Part shown: positions 11,829 through 22,835 of the stretch, piece by piece
How positions within the stretch are numbered: the stretch's first letter is position 1
Layout of the letters: every line of letters starts with the position of its first letter
Assembly: GCF_001194135.2 (NCBI RefSeq)
Contig: NC_068991.1
Coordinates: 52,053,400-52,097,252 of the forward strand
Direction of reading: 5' to 3'
DNA: 43,853 nt
Source of the DNA: Octopus bimaculoides
Lineage: Eukaryota
The notes under the pieces: model-generated
What the model saw: the letters and a program-made list of their open reading frames with translations, nothing else
Told to the model about the DNA's origin: nothing
Database searches by the model: none
Made by a program: the position numbers and the translations under genes

Positions 11829-12921
11829 GTGTGTATATACATGAAACGGACATACATTAACACATATATATTTCATGAACATTCTTTTTCGTCGAAGTTT
11901 AGCTCCAAGAAATAAGAAGAAAATTAACTGAAATAAAATAGTCGTTTAATGAGACATATTACATTATTTTACATTTGATTCAAAGCATTGTGCCCAGAGC
12001 AGAAATAATTATTTCACATTCGATTATTTTTCTAGTCAACATTATTTATACCACATTGTTTAATTCAAACAACCCTGTTAAGCTGACATTCTTTTTTTTT
12101 TTTTTTTTGTAAATCTTTTCTCCTGACTGAAACACCTGCAACGTCTCCTCGAAGTAGTAAATTGACTTCGATTAGTAAATATCTTAAGGTCACAAGGATA
12201 CCTAACTCTACTGACAACTACATACCTGACCAGGTGAGAACACTAAACTAGAGAGATAAATGCCTCATTATGATAAGCTTTGGCCTTGAATTTTATTTAT
12301 TTAAATGACAAATGCAGGTCTGATACGGAATTGACGTCGTAAAACAAATAGCAAATCTATATCTCATGACTACAGTTTGAGGAATTAGAAAAGTTTGTCC
12401 TACGTCAATGCCAGTCATTTTACTTACATTTATCAGAGTGTCAGCTGCAGATAAAACACTATAAGAACGTGCCAGGGTACAATAGCCGTTTCGATGGCCA
12501 TCTTTCCTCAACAACAATAACGTTGTTGAGGAATTTTAAATTTTAAATTTTACTTTGATTATGAGGTGGCACACCACTAATGTTAAAAGAATTGTAAACA
12601 TTCTGCTTGGATGTCATCAGCAGAGTCTCCGGGAAGATTTTTCATCATTTGGTTTATTTAGTTTCACAACTTCATTGTTTCCTTTCGCTTATGAAAATTC
12701 TGAAATTGAAAATAATGAGGTCTTATAATAACATTGGTGTATAAGATGCGGACAACATTAGAGATTTTGTCTTCACAAATTTGCAGCAATCAATCGGCAT
12801 GAAACGTTAATTAAGCTCAAGGCATGATAGCGTTGATTTAGAGATAAATTAGAACTTTCATATTAGTGCAGAGACAAAATGTTTCGCAAGTGTTTCAAAT
12901 GCAAGTTATTTTTTTTTTCAG

Positions 12922-13445
12922 ACATGCGCTAATAATACAAGTCTGCTATTTCATCTCTTTGCATTACTAGAAGAATCCGGCAAAAATCACCCACCTCTCT
13001 CAAGAATAATCAATTTGCCTATTGCATCTCTCAGTGTTTCACCCAGTGATCCAAACAAAAGACAGTGATACAGGTGACACTTTCGAAATTCCTGTAGCAT
13101 CAAGTGGAGATAATTTGCAAGTTAAATTTGAAATTTCCGGTCTCGCAAGCTACGATGGAGTTTCCACCAACCACATTGTGCGACTGGCAGAGAACTATGA
13201 GTACCTTACAGTACTCTAAGTTTCAAACGTCTCGCCTCTGTCTACGCTTCATCCTGGACAACAGCTCTGTCAAAGAGACGAGCTGCGGACAAGTGAGTCT
13301 GACAAACGGCAATGACCACACTTGCTCTCCGTCAAGGATAGCTGGAGATGTTACAGCTTCAGCGTATGTTCGCGTATCATTAGCCGTGGCATTTGGGTCC
13401 ACCAAAATCCTTTCTCTGTGTGAGGTTTCTTGTTCGAGGCCATGA
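12922..13445 (+). pseudogene. Coding-like island of staggered ORFs; possible frameshifted F-type-lectin/galactose-binding-like domain
   Basis: Strong acceptor T10CAG| at 12921; ORFs at 12922-13068, 13022-13219 and 13104-13445. The last contains RL..F.LDNSS...SCG...C...YVRVSL...ILSLCEV. The resemblance was judged by eye only. Confidence 0.25.
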
Positions 13446-14401
13446 TTCTTAATGTGATGAGGGAAGCTCTCTCTCATTTCCTTATACCTATTTATTGGCA
13501 GCCACGCACTGAGCCCTAAGCAATATGCCAGCGACATATAGAACTAAGTTATTGACGTAATAAACCAAAGAAACTCCATAATTTGACAACAGATAGCAAA
13601 GACTCACTCATCATTCTTCAAGCTGCTACAATTAAAACGAAAAAAAAAAAGAAAAGAAAAAGCTGTAATGAATGTTTAACACAAAATAGTGGCGAGAGAT
13701 ATTTTTACTTAACTCAAGTACTTAACTTCCTTTCGATGCACCTGAAGATATGTTGTCTTCTTTCTGTGTAACTGGGTTCACATTGTTACCTGTGAGATAT
13801 GCTGGCAGGACAGCTTCTATGTGGTTGTTTGACATGCTAGAAACAGGAATCAAATTTCCATCAAATTTCCTTCTCGTGAAAGGGAAGGACGTTGGGTAAA
13901 TATATATATATATATANNNNNNNNNNNNNNNNNNNNNNNNNNNNNNNNNNNNNNNNNNNNNNNNNNNNNNNNNNNNNNNNNNNNNNNNNNNNNNNNNNNN
14001 NNNNNNNNNNNNNNNNNNNNNNNNNNNNNNNNNNNNNNNNNNNNNNNNNNNNNNNNNNNNNNNNNNNNNNNNNNNNNNNNNNNNNNNNNNNNNNNNNNNN
14101 NNNNNNNNNNNNNNNNNNNNNNNNNNNNNNNNNNNNNNNNNNNNNNNNNNNNNNNNNNNNNNNNNNNNNNNNNNNNNNNNNNNNNNNNNNNNNNNNNNNN
14201 NNNNNNNNNNNNNNNNNNNNNNNNNNNNNNNNNNNNNNNNNNNNNNNNNNNNNNNNNNNNNNNNNNNNNNNNNNNNNNNNNNNNNNNNNNNNNNNNNNNN
14301 NNNNNNNNNNNNNNNNNNNNNNNNNNNNNNNNNNNNNACACACAAATATACATACATAAATACATAATACATCCATACGTATATTTGATTAGCAAAAAAA
14401 A

Positions 14402-14433
<32 letters not shown>

Positions 14434-14450
14434 GTTATTATTATTATTAT

Positions 14451-14661
14451 TAAGGCGGCAAACTGGCAGAATCGTTAGCACCCCGGGCGAAATGCTTAGC
14501 GGTATTTCGTCTGTCGCTATGTTCTGAGTTCAAATTCCACCGAAGTCGACTTTACCTTTCATCCTTTCGGGGTCGATAAATTAAGTACCAGTGAAACACT
14601 GGAGTCGATGTGATCGACTTTCCCCCCACAAAATCTAGGAGTTGTGCCTATAATACAAAGT

Positions 14662-14665
<4 letters not shown>
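14451..14665 (+). mobile_element. SINE family B, near full length, embedded in (ATT)n
   Basis: TAAGGCGGCAAACTGGCAGAATCGTTAGC head, GAGTTCAAATTCC B-box, CTTTCATCCTTTCGGGGTCGATAAATTAAGTACCAG core, (ATT)n tail. Confidence 0.92.
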
Positions 14666-14715
<50 letters not shown>

Positions 14716-15403
14716 TAAGTGTCAAGGAAATGGAAATCGTCATGCTCCTAGCTTTATCAAGAAGTTGACAACTTAACTGAAGTGGTTTCAACCCGGAATC
14801 GAAACTAGCCTGTAGTCTTTCGCCGTGAGTTCACCTCCTGTTATGCGGCACTTGGCACAAAATAATTCATTAATATTAATAATCTGTGTCTTGGAGGGAG
14901 GAGAGAGGAAGAGAGAGGGGGAGAGAGAGAGGGAGAGAGGGAGAGAGAGACTTTTGCCCTCGCACACATATCGAATATTGTTGCTGGAAGAAAACTGTCA
15001 TAACGAGAAGTGAGAGAACGTATCAGATGTCGAGAATACTTTCTGGGAACATTCGTCATTGTGTTGTTGTCGCTTTAATATTGTTGTAGTTCTTGTTATT
15101 GCAGTTGTCCTCTTCCTCCTTCTCTGCCTCTTACTTATTCTATTCCTCTCTTTGGTGACAGCTATGTCAGCTAAATAAATGATATCGTTAATCGAAGATG
15201 CTGCTTCACTGATTATGGCAGAGTGGAAAGATCATTAGAGAACGTTTTATGATAAGACATTATCGTCTGCCTTTCATTAAATATTTATTGTGAGTTCCAC
15301 AGCTTTCTTCCTTCCTCTTGTGTCAGGTTACAGGAATAAAGTTAATCGAAAGTAGCGGGGTGGTGGTGGACATGAGTATGGCGTTTTTAAAGCTGTCAAC
15401 GTC

Positions 15404-15404
<1 letters not shown>

Positions 15405-15451
<47 letters not shown>

Positions 15452-15480
15452 GAAACAGATAGAGAGAGAGAGAAAGAGAT
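15405..15480. repeat. (GA)n polypurine microsatellite
   Basis: Direct reading; similar tracts at 14895-14950, 20205-20231, 25285-25352, 32638-32678 and 35100-35135. Confidence 0.95.
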
Positions 15481-16235
15481 GTTGATGGAAGTAGGAAATC
15501 TTTATATGACACCAACTTGGCCACCGGGATAGTCATAGAAATTTATACTCGGGAGATTGTCATATGAAGAGCTTCGATAGACGATAGCTAGCTTCCTTTA
15601 AGATTTCTCCCTGGCATAGACATTTCGGTTTTAAAAAGAGAAACAACACCAAGTAGACGACAAACAAGTATCACGTGATATACGTATCAGAAGAGCAAAA
15701 CTAAAATCGTAGCAGGCTACTTATAAACAACATCTTCAAACAAGAATACAGGAGGACGGATCTACTCCACTTCCACTTTAATCTATTACATACAGTCCAT
15801 ACACTTACACACGCACACACACACACACACACACGTGTTTATGCGTGTGTGTGTGTGTGTGTACACGTACACTCTTAAACACACAAAAGTACGCACAGTC
15901 ATACAAGTACACACACGCATACAAACAAACGCAACACACACGCACGCAAGCACACACATACATACACTTGCACACTCAAGCAGACTCATAAATAACGTAC
16001 ACACACACACATATTTCCTCTCTCTCTTACGCGCGCGCATCCCCCATCACACACACACACACACACACACGCAAACACACGCGTTCAAACACACACACAC
16101 ACACACACACACATACACATGTAATACACATACGCAGTCTCATACAAAGCATACACGCACACTCACAGCCACACGCTCGCTTGCAAGTGAATAGTGATAC
16201 ATTCCTTCATAAAAGCTTTTGTTTGCTTTTGATAG

Positions 16236-16246
16236 GAATCGTGAAG
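16236..16246 (+). CDS. Candidate 11-nt microexon GAATCGTGAAG
   Basis: TTTTGTTTGCTTTTGATAG| acceptor and AAG|GTAAGT perfect donor in non-repetitive sequence. Confidence 0.3.
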
Positions 16247-16710
16247 GTAAGTGGTTATCTTGGCAATACTTGAGCAGAGTTTTAGACATATTGCACGGAT
16301 AAAGGGTTCTTCAATCGTAAACACTTGTTAAGCTCTCCTTGAGATACCAGACTGTCAGACCTTTATTTCATTTCATGATGATATCATCATCTGTAGTTGT
16401 ATTATATCTTCGAAAGTCCGCTCTTAACGATATAACAATGAATAGAGGATCTGATAAACTTTAAACTGGCACAACAACAACAACGCACATACATGTATAT
16501 GTATGTGGGGGCGAACAGATATGCATAGATTACACACATACAGATACACGCATATCTTACATGTGTCTATGTATGTATGTACGTATGCATACATGTATGT
16601 ATGTATGTATGTATGTATATATGTATGTATGTATTATGTTTGTTTGTATGTATATATGTGTAAATATATGTATATATAAGCATATATAAATATATTTTAT
16701 TCATGCATAT

Positions 16711-16884
16711 ACTCTTTACTCTTTACTCTTTTTCTTGTTTCAGTCATTTGACTGCGGTCATACTGGAGCACCGCCTTTAGTCGAGCAAATCGACCCCAGG
16801 ACTTATTTTTTGGAAGCTTTGTACTTATTCTATCGGTCTCTTTTGCCGAACCGCTAAGTTACGGGGACGTAAACACACCAGCAT
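16711..16884 (-). mobile_element. SINE family A, 3' half
   Basis: (ACTCTTT)n tail then CAGTCATTTGACTGCGG...CCGAACCGCTAAGTTACGGGGACGTAAACACACCAGCATC. Confidence 0.92.
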
Positions 16885-16893
16885 CCTCTCCCA

Positions 16894-17295
16894 TAATAAT
16901 CTTTTCTGCTATAGGCACAAGGCTGGTCAATATAATCGACCTCAGTGCTCAACTAGTACTTCTTTCATCGACCCCAAAAGGATGAAATACAAAATCAACA
17001 TCGGCGGAATTTGAACTCAGAACGTAAAGATGGACACAATGCCGCTAAGCGGTGCAGTAACGATTCTGCCAGCTCGCTAACTTACTCTCACTCCTCCCAT
17101 AATAATGGTTTCAAATTTCGGTACAAGGAAGGCAAGTAAGTCGATTATATCGGCCCCAGTCGTCAACTAGTACTTATTTTGTCAACCCCGAAAGGATGAA
17201 AGGCAAATTTGCCCTCAGCGGAATTTGAACTCAGAACATAAAGACAGACGAAATGCCGCTAAGCATTTTACTCGAGGTTCTAACAATTCTGCCAG
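16894..17295 (-). mobile_element. Two tandem SINE family B copies (16894-17084 and about 17100-17295)
   Basis: Each carries ATCGACCCC.AAAGGATGAAA..CAAA...GGAATTTGAACTCAGAAC..AAAGA.GGAC...ATGCCGCTAAGC...ATTCTGCCAG. Confidence 0.9.
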
Positions 17296-17589
17296 TATTC
17301 AGTTGTATCGAACAGGCTGTCAGCCGACTACTATTGACAGGTTTTATCCCACTACTTTTCGACACAAGGTTTCTTGCCTGTTGCATTTCCGCCCTGGGTC
17401 GAATTAACCTTCCTAAAGCAACCTGGTCCTAATGAGCTCCCTCGTCAGCACTACATTGATGCCCAGCTTAGCGCGGACACTAGATTGCCATAAAAGACCG
17501 ACTACCAAGACATCCATCCTCAAATCGGCCCACCAACCATGCCTCCGAGTTGCTGGCTTACAGGAGCACGACACAACTCCCAGCACGTC

Positions 17590-17990
17590 CCTCCTATAAT
17601 AATGATATTTAAGAGTTTCTTGAGGTGATGTGGCTGGTTTTTGTAGTATAACAGGGTTAGGGTTAGTTAAGTTGTTGGTCGTATGTAAATCTTTCTTATA
17701 TCCATGTGTTTTGTGTTGATGATTTTTTTATTTGAGTACTTGCAGTTCTAGTGTTTTTACCATGCCTTATCAGCTTAATCTGGTGGAATATGGCAGCTGA
17801 GTTTCCTGTGTTTAGACTCTAGACATAGTTATGTCGTGGGTGATGAAGAAATGTTTCAGTTCTTTGAAAATGTTTCCAAAGTCATTTTGTTGTTGTTTTG
17901 TTGTTTGTGTGATGCTGTGGTGTGCATTCTTTTCATCGGCTGTTATTGCATACGCCGTATTGGATGTATTTAGACATGTTAGTCATTTTT
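17590..17990 (-). mobile_element. Decayed LINE APE-endonuclease fragment
   Basis: Minus translation ELKHFFITHDITMSRV*TQETQL...IRKIYIRP...LLNIIIIG resembles the EL..FL...I....QET.L / IYIPP / IIIGDFN motifs; many stops. Confidence 0.4.
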
Positions 17991-18019
17991 TATTTATTGT
18001 TGTCATTGTTGTTGCACTA

Positions 18020-18255
18020 TAGAGCATAAGCATATCCAAATGATTAAGAAGTTCGCTTCGAAATTATGAGTTCACGAGTTCGATCCTATTGCGTAGAAAC
18101 TTAGTCAAGTGTCTTTTACCATCACCTTCTTAGTGAAATCTGGTAGAAGGAACTGTTTCGGTAAATGAAAGGATCAGTTTTGTTAAACACTGCATTACAA
18201 TGATTCAACCTGAAGTTATACGAGCAAACGTGTATGTCGAATACTCAGCCACTTC
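18020..18255 (+). mobile_element. Old diverged tRNA-derived SINE
   Basis: TTAAGAAGTTCGCTTCG...GAGTTCGATCC...CAAGTGTCTTTTAC head and ACGTGTATGTCGAATACTCAGCCACT, similar to the 3' block at 22775-22800. Confidence 0.5.
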
Positions 18256-19072
18256 GACTATATATATGGTAGTTCAGTTAACGGTATTGAAAGGAAAACG
18301 ATACACTTTATTTCGGTGTTGTAGTATTAGCAAGTTCAAGAAGCGAGTTAGGATTTTAATACGAAGAAAATAGACGTTACTAGTCTTGTGTTGTTGTTGT
18401 TGTTGTTGTTGTTGTTTAGATCCAAGTTAACCTTGATCCAACAGACAGGATCAAAAACACTCTCCCACAATAATTTTTTCGTTCAGTATTTATCCAATGC
18501 TCTGATTTTGTTTACAACAGTGTATTGTGAGTTAGGGAAGATTTAGTTCCTATTTATGTTCTCTTTTTAACATAAACGCACATTTGTGTATAATGTCATC
18601 TTGAAATTATTCAATTTTACCGACATGGCAATTTGTGTGTTGTTTTGTAAATTTTCATCTTTTGATCAAAGTCCCACAGTTGACTATTACCATATACTTT
18701 ATATCATTTCTAATTATTAGTGAAGTTGGGTCTCCAGATATTTTAATGAAACCTTTCTCGTTAACATATGTAAAGCACGGTTATTAACTCGTGTTGAATG
18801 TAAACAGAAGATAATTAGAATGTAAAACATTTAATACACCAGACGACACTTTACTGCAAAATAATTATCTTCTTCATTTCATAAGACTGATTGAGGTGAG
18901 AATATAAGCTTAATTATATCTAACTCTCTTGTAAGTCAGTGAACTGATGTATTATACGGTGTACGACATGCTGAGTATTAAAATAACAGCTTTTAAAAAC
19001 ACTTTCACTATTTGCAGTCGAAACCACTTTCACTACTTTTGGCAAGGGAAGACTACACTCCCTTGTTTACAG

Positions 19073-19092
19073 GGAGAACACCTGATGACAAG
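19073..19092 (+). CDS. Candidate 20-nt microexon GGAGAACACCTGATGACAAG
   Basis: CTCCCTTGTTTACAG| acceptor and AAG|GTAAAT donor; two frames open. Confidence 0.25.
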
Positions 19093-19247
19093 GTAAATAC
19101 TTTCTTTTTCGTTTGACCCTAGAAATGAATGACATTGCTCATTAATAAAAATTAATAAAAATTTATTTTAATAATTTGGGAATGAAAATCTTAGTAACGT
19201 AATAGGGTCCGTTCTTACAAAAACAATTTTTTATGATAAACGACATG

Positions 19248-19563
19248 GGCGCAGGCGTGGGTGTGTGGTAAGTAGCTTGCTTACCAGCCACATGGTCTTG
19301 GGTTCAGTCCCACTGCGTGGCACTTTGGGCAAAAGTCTTCTACTATAGCCATGGGCCGACCAAAGCCCGTCGTATATATATACGACGGGCTTCTTCCAGT
19401 TTCCGTCTACCAAGGCTTGTTGTTTCTTTCTGTGTTCCTTTCTGTGGAAGAGCGTAGGCTCAAAACGTTAAAGACTTTTTCACTTCCCGACCGTTATACT
19501 AATACATCTGTTTGTTGTCTACATCACCTGTCTTCGTCTTTTGTTCTTTTTGTGAGTTCTCCC

Positions 19564-19594
<31 letters not shown>

Positions 19595-19845
19595 ATGTGC
19601 GTATGTATGCATGTACGTATGTATATATGTATGTGTGTGTATGTTTGTGTGTCTGTGTTTGTCCCCCTACCATCGCTTGACAACCGATGCCGGTGTGTTT
19701 ACGTCCCCGTAACGTAGCGGTTCGGCAAAAGAGACCGATAGAATAAGTACTAGGCTTACAGAGAATAAGCTCTGGGGTCGATTTGCTCGACTAAAGGCGG
19801 TGCTCCAGCATCGCCGCAGTCAAATGACTGAAACAAGTAAAAGAA
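19248..19845 (+). mobile_element. Full-length SINE family A with an internal inversion and a nested hammerhead mini-element
   Basis: Head GGCGCAGGCGTGGGTGTGTGGTAAG...GGGTTCAGTCCC; 30-bp palindrome at 19363-19392; mini-element at about 19420-19563; 3' half at 19620-19845. Confidence 0.9.
19438..19473 (+). ncRNA. Degenerate minimal hammerhead-like motif (G12A, probably inactive)
   Basis: CUUU-CUGUGGA-A-GAGC(guag)GCUC-AAAAC-GUU-AAAG. Confidence 0.4.
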
Positions 19846-19852
19846 CTACAAA

Positions 19853-20024
19853 GAAAAAAACGAAGCTTTTGGGAATCGAATCCACATCTTTTGTAAGCAT
19901 GACAGACATTCTACCGTTGTAGCAAAACAGTCCTTCGAACTTTTGTATCCATTGGTATAATGGTAGAACGTTTGTTTTGTTTACAGATGTGGGTTCGAAT
20001 CCTACCGGGAACCTTCGATTTTTT
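19853..20024. other. Palindromic head-to-head pair of tRNA-like units
   Basis: Plus unit: TTGGTATAATGGTAGAAC (A box)...GGGTTCGAATCC (B box)...CTTCGATTTTTT. Minus unit: TTGCTACAACGGTAGAATG...GGATTCGATTCCC...CTTCGTTTTTT. Confidence 0.65.
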
Positions 20025-20200
20025 CCATTCAAGGTGTGTTATTAATCCAAAATTTATTCAATACTATTTATAGCTTTATCAACTTCGAGTTTCAACTGAA
20101 ATAACGATTTATTGCGTATCTTTATTTCAATATTATGGTTCGATTATATTTATGCTTTTCGTTTAGCTATATCTATATACATCTTTGTAAGTGTGTGTGC

Positions 20201-20231
<31 letters not shown>

Positions 20232-21499
20232 NNNNNNNNNNNNNNNNNNNNNNNNNNNNNNNNNNNNNNNNNNNNNNNNNNNNNNNNNNNNNNNNNNNNN
20301 NNNNNNNNNNNNNNNNNNNNNNNNNNNNNNNNNNNNNNNNNNNNNNNNNNNNNNNNNNNNNNNNNNNNNNNNNNNNNNNNNNNNNNNNNNNNNNNNNNNN
20401 NNNNNNNNNNNNNNNNNNNNNNNNNNNNNNNNNNNNNNNNNNNNNNNNNNNNNNNNNNNNNNNNNNNNNNNNNNNNNNNNNNNNNNNNNNNNNNNNNNNN
20501 NNNNNNNNNNNNNNNNNNNNNNNNNNNNNNNNNNNNNNNNNNNNNNNNNNNNNNNNNNNNNNNNNNNNNNNNNNNNNNNNNNNNNNNNNNNNNNNNNNNN
20601 NNNNNNNNNNNNNNNNNNNNNNNNNNNNNNNNNNNNNNNNNNNNNNNNNNNNNNNNNNNNNNNNNNNNNNNNNNNNNNNNNNNNNNNNNNNNNNNNNNNN
20701 NNNNNNNNNNNNNNNNNNNNNNNNNNNNNNNNNNNNNNNNNNNNNNNNNNNNNNNNNNNNNNNNNNNNNNNNNNNNNNNNNNNNNNNNNNNNNNNNNNNN
20801 NNNNNNNNNNNNNNNNNNNNNNNNNNNNNNNNNNNNNNNNNNNNNNNNNNNNNNNNNNNNNNNNNNNNNNNNNNNNNNNNNNNNNNNNNNNNNNNNNNNN
20901 NNNNNNNNNNNNNNNNNNNNNNNNNNNNNNNNNNNNNNNNNNNNNNNNNNNNNNNNNNNNNNNNNNNNNNNNNNNNNNNNNNNNNNNNNNNNNNNNNNNN
21001 NNNNNNNNNNNNNNNNNNNNNNNNNNNNNNNNNCCCCAGACACAAGTCAATATAAAAGTTTTCTTTTCCTTCGTCCGATATGTTTTCCAGACATGTTTTA
21101 TTTGTCAAAGAACCTAAAATAAATAAATAAATAAAGTGTGAAAGCTAAAAAGCAAGAACGAAAAAAGCCAAATAATTCAAGTAATGTAACGAAAGAGAGA
21201 AAAATAAAAAGAAATCAAAAGAACTTTTTTTTTTTTTTACCATGAGGTTAGTGTAAACCTTCCTAACTATTGGAAAATGCGTTTCTCTTGCTTGTACCGT
21301 CAAGAGTTTGTCGAATTTCTATAGCAACACGTGTTAAACATCGATGCTAACGTGTAAAACTTTTCTCTCCTTTTATTCTTTTTTCATTTTTTTCTCCATA
21401 TGTTCCCACTTAGCTGTTACAGCAAAGCCAAGAGCAGCGAGAAGTACAGCAACGGAAAGTACGAAATACAATAATATCAAAAGGCTACAGTTGTAGCAG

Positions 21500-21587
21500 C
21501 AATAAAATTAACTACTGCTACTACTATTACTACCACCACCACCACCACCACCACCACGATGACGACGACAGTGATGAAGGTGATTAC

Positions 21588-21619
<32 letters not shown>

Positions 21620-21665
21620 ACAACAACACTACCACCATCACTGCTGCCATATCCATCATCACCAG
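21500..21665. repeat. Compound trinucleotide repeat (ACT/ACC/ACG/AAC)n
   Basis: Direct reading; explains the poly-Val ORF 21477-21725. Confidence 0.95.
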
Positions 21666-22086
21666 AAATGGTCTTGAAACCGTTACAAATATTTTATGGG
21701 TCTGTATTGCAGAGGTGTTATCCATATAGCACCAGTTCTAAAGGTATCCAGATTCTTCAGCGATTAACTGAGAGGACAGATTGACAGTGTAAAACATATG
21801 TTAGTGTCAACATTTAACATCTTTCCCCGCTGGAGAAAAAACATTTTTTTTTTTAAATTGATGGGGTTAGTGTTGTTAAAATGATTATTTATCCAAAATA
21901 TAAATAACATAAATACTCTCTTATATCAACAGACAAGTTGTTTTTAATATGTTATTACTCTTATAAATACTATATTACCCGCATATATAAACAAGTCTTC
22001 TATATTTTTGCATATGTGAAATGCATCTATGCATATGGGCATGTGCGGTTTCGTAGAAGTAATAATGCATGTATGCGTGTGTGAGT

Positions 22087-22123
<37 letters not shown>

Positions 22124-22133
22124 NNNNNNNNNN

Positions 22134-22181
<48 letters not shown>

Positions 22182-22486
22182 AAATATATATGTCAAGTGG
22201 CAAAAGATCGTTCGGTCTTTCACCGCAAACCGTGTTGACTGTTATTGCAGCTGCATAAAAAACACTGAGATGGTTCCAGTCCTCTCTAAGCTTCTCCATA
22301 TAAATCGCCAAACGAAATGTAAACATAAATGAAATGTAAATGTAAATCATCACTCACTCGTTTAGCATTAAATTTGACGAAAAAGTTTCTGAGACAAGTG
22401 ACAACTGTAGTCGTCATTTCTGATTGACTTCAGAAAATTAAAAAAATAAAAACTTCATCTTTAATCTTGTACGTTATAAACCTGTG

Positions 22487-22835
22487 TGTGTGTGGAGGCG
22501 CAATGGCGCAATGGCCCAGTGGTTAGGGCAGCGGACTCGCGGTCATAGGATCGCGGTTTCGATTCCCAGACCGAGCGTTGTGAGTGTTTATTGAACGAAA
22601 ACACCTAAATCTCCACGAGGCTCCGGCAGGGGATGGTGGTGAACCCTGCTGTACTCTTCCACCTCAACTTTCTCTCACTCTTACTTCCTGATTCTGTTGT
22701 GCCTGTAATTCAAAGGGTCAGCTTTGTCAGACTGTGTCACGCTGATTATCCCCGAGAACTACGTTAAGGGTACACGTGTCTGTGGAGTGCTCAGCCACTT
22801 GCACGTTAATTTCACGAGCAGGCTGTGAACAACAA
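22487..22835 (+). mobile_element. SINE family C (tRNA-derived head, OR/Ceph-SINE-like body) with a 12-bp TSD
   Basis: GGCGCAATGGCCCAGTGGTTAGGGCAGCGGACTCG...GGTTTCGATTCCC head; ...GTGGAGTGCTCAGCCACTTGCACGTTAATTTCACGAGCAGGCTG; direct repeat TATAAACCTGTG at 22475-22486 and 22836-22847. The family name is from memory. Confidence 0.88.

Noticed and set aside
13022-13219. Cadherin-like reading (IQTKDSDTG...YEYLTV)
   Set aside because: The LDRE/DXNDN motifs are missing and the frame stops; the resemblance is too weak.
17653-17666. Telomere-like AGGGTTAGGGTTAG
   Set aside because: Only about two units, inside a decayed LINE fragment.
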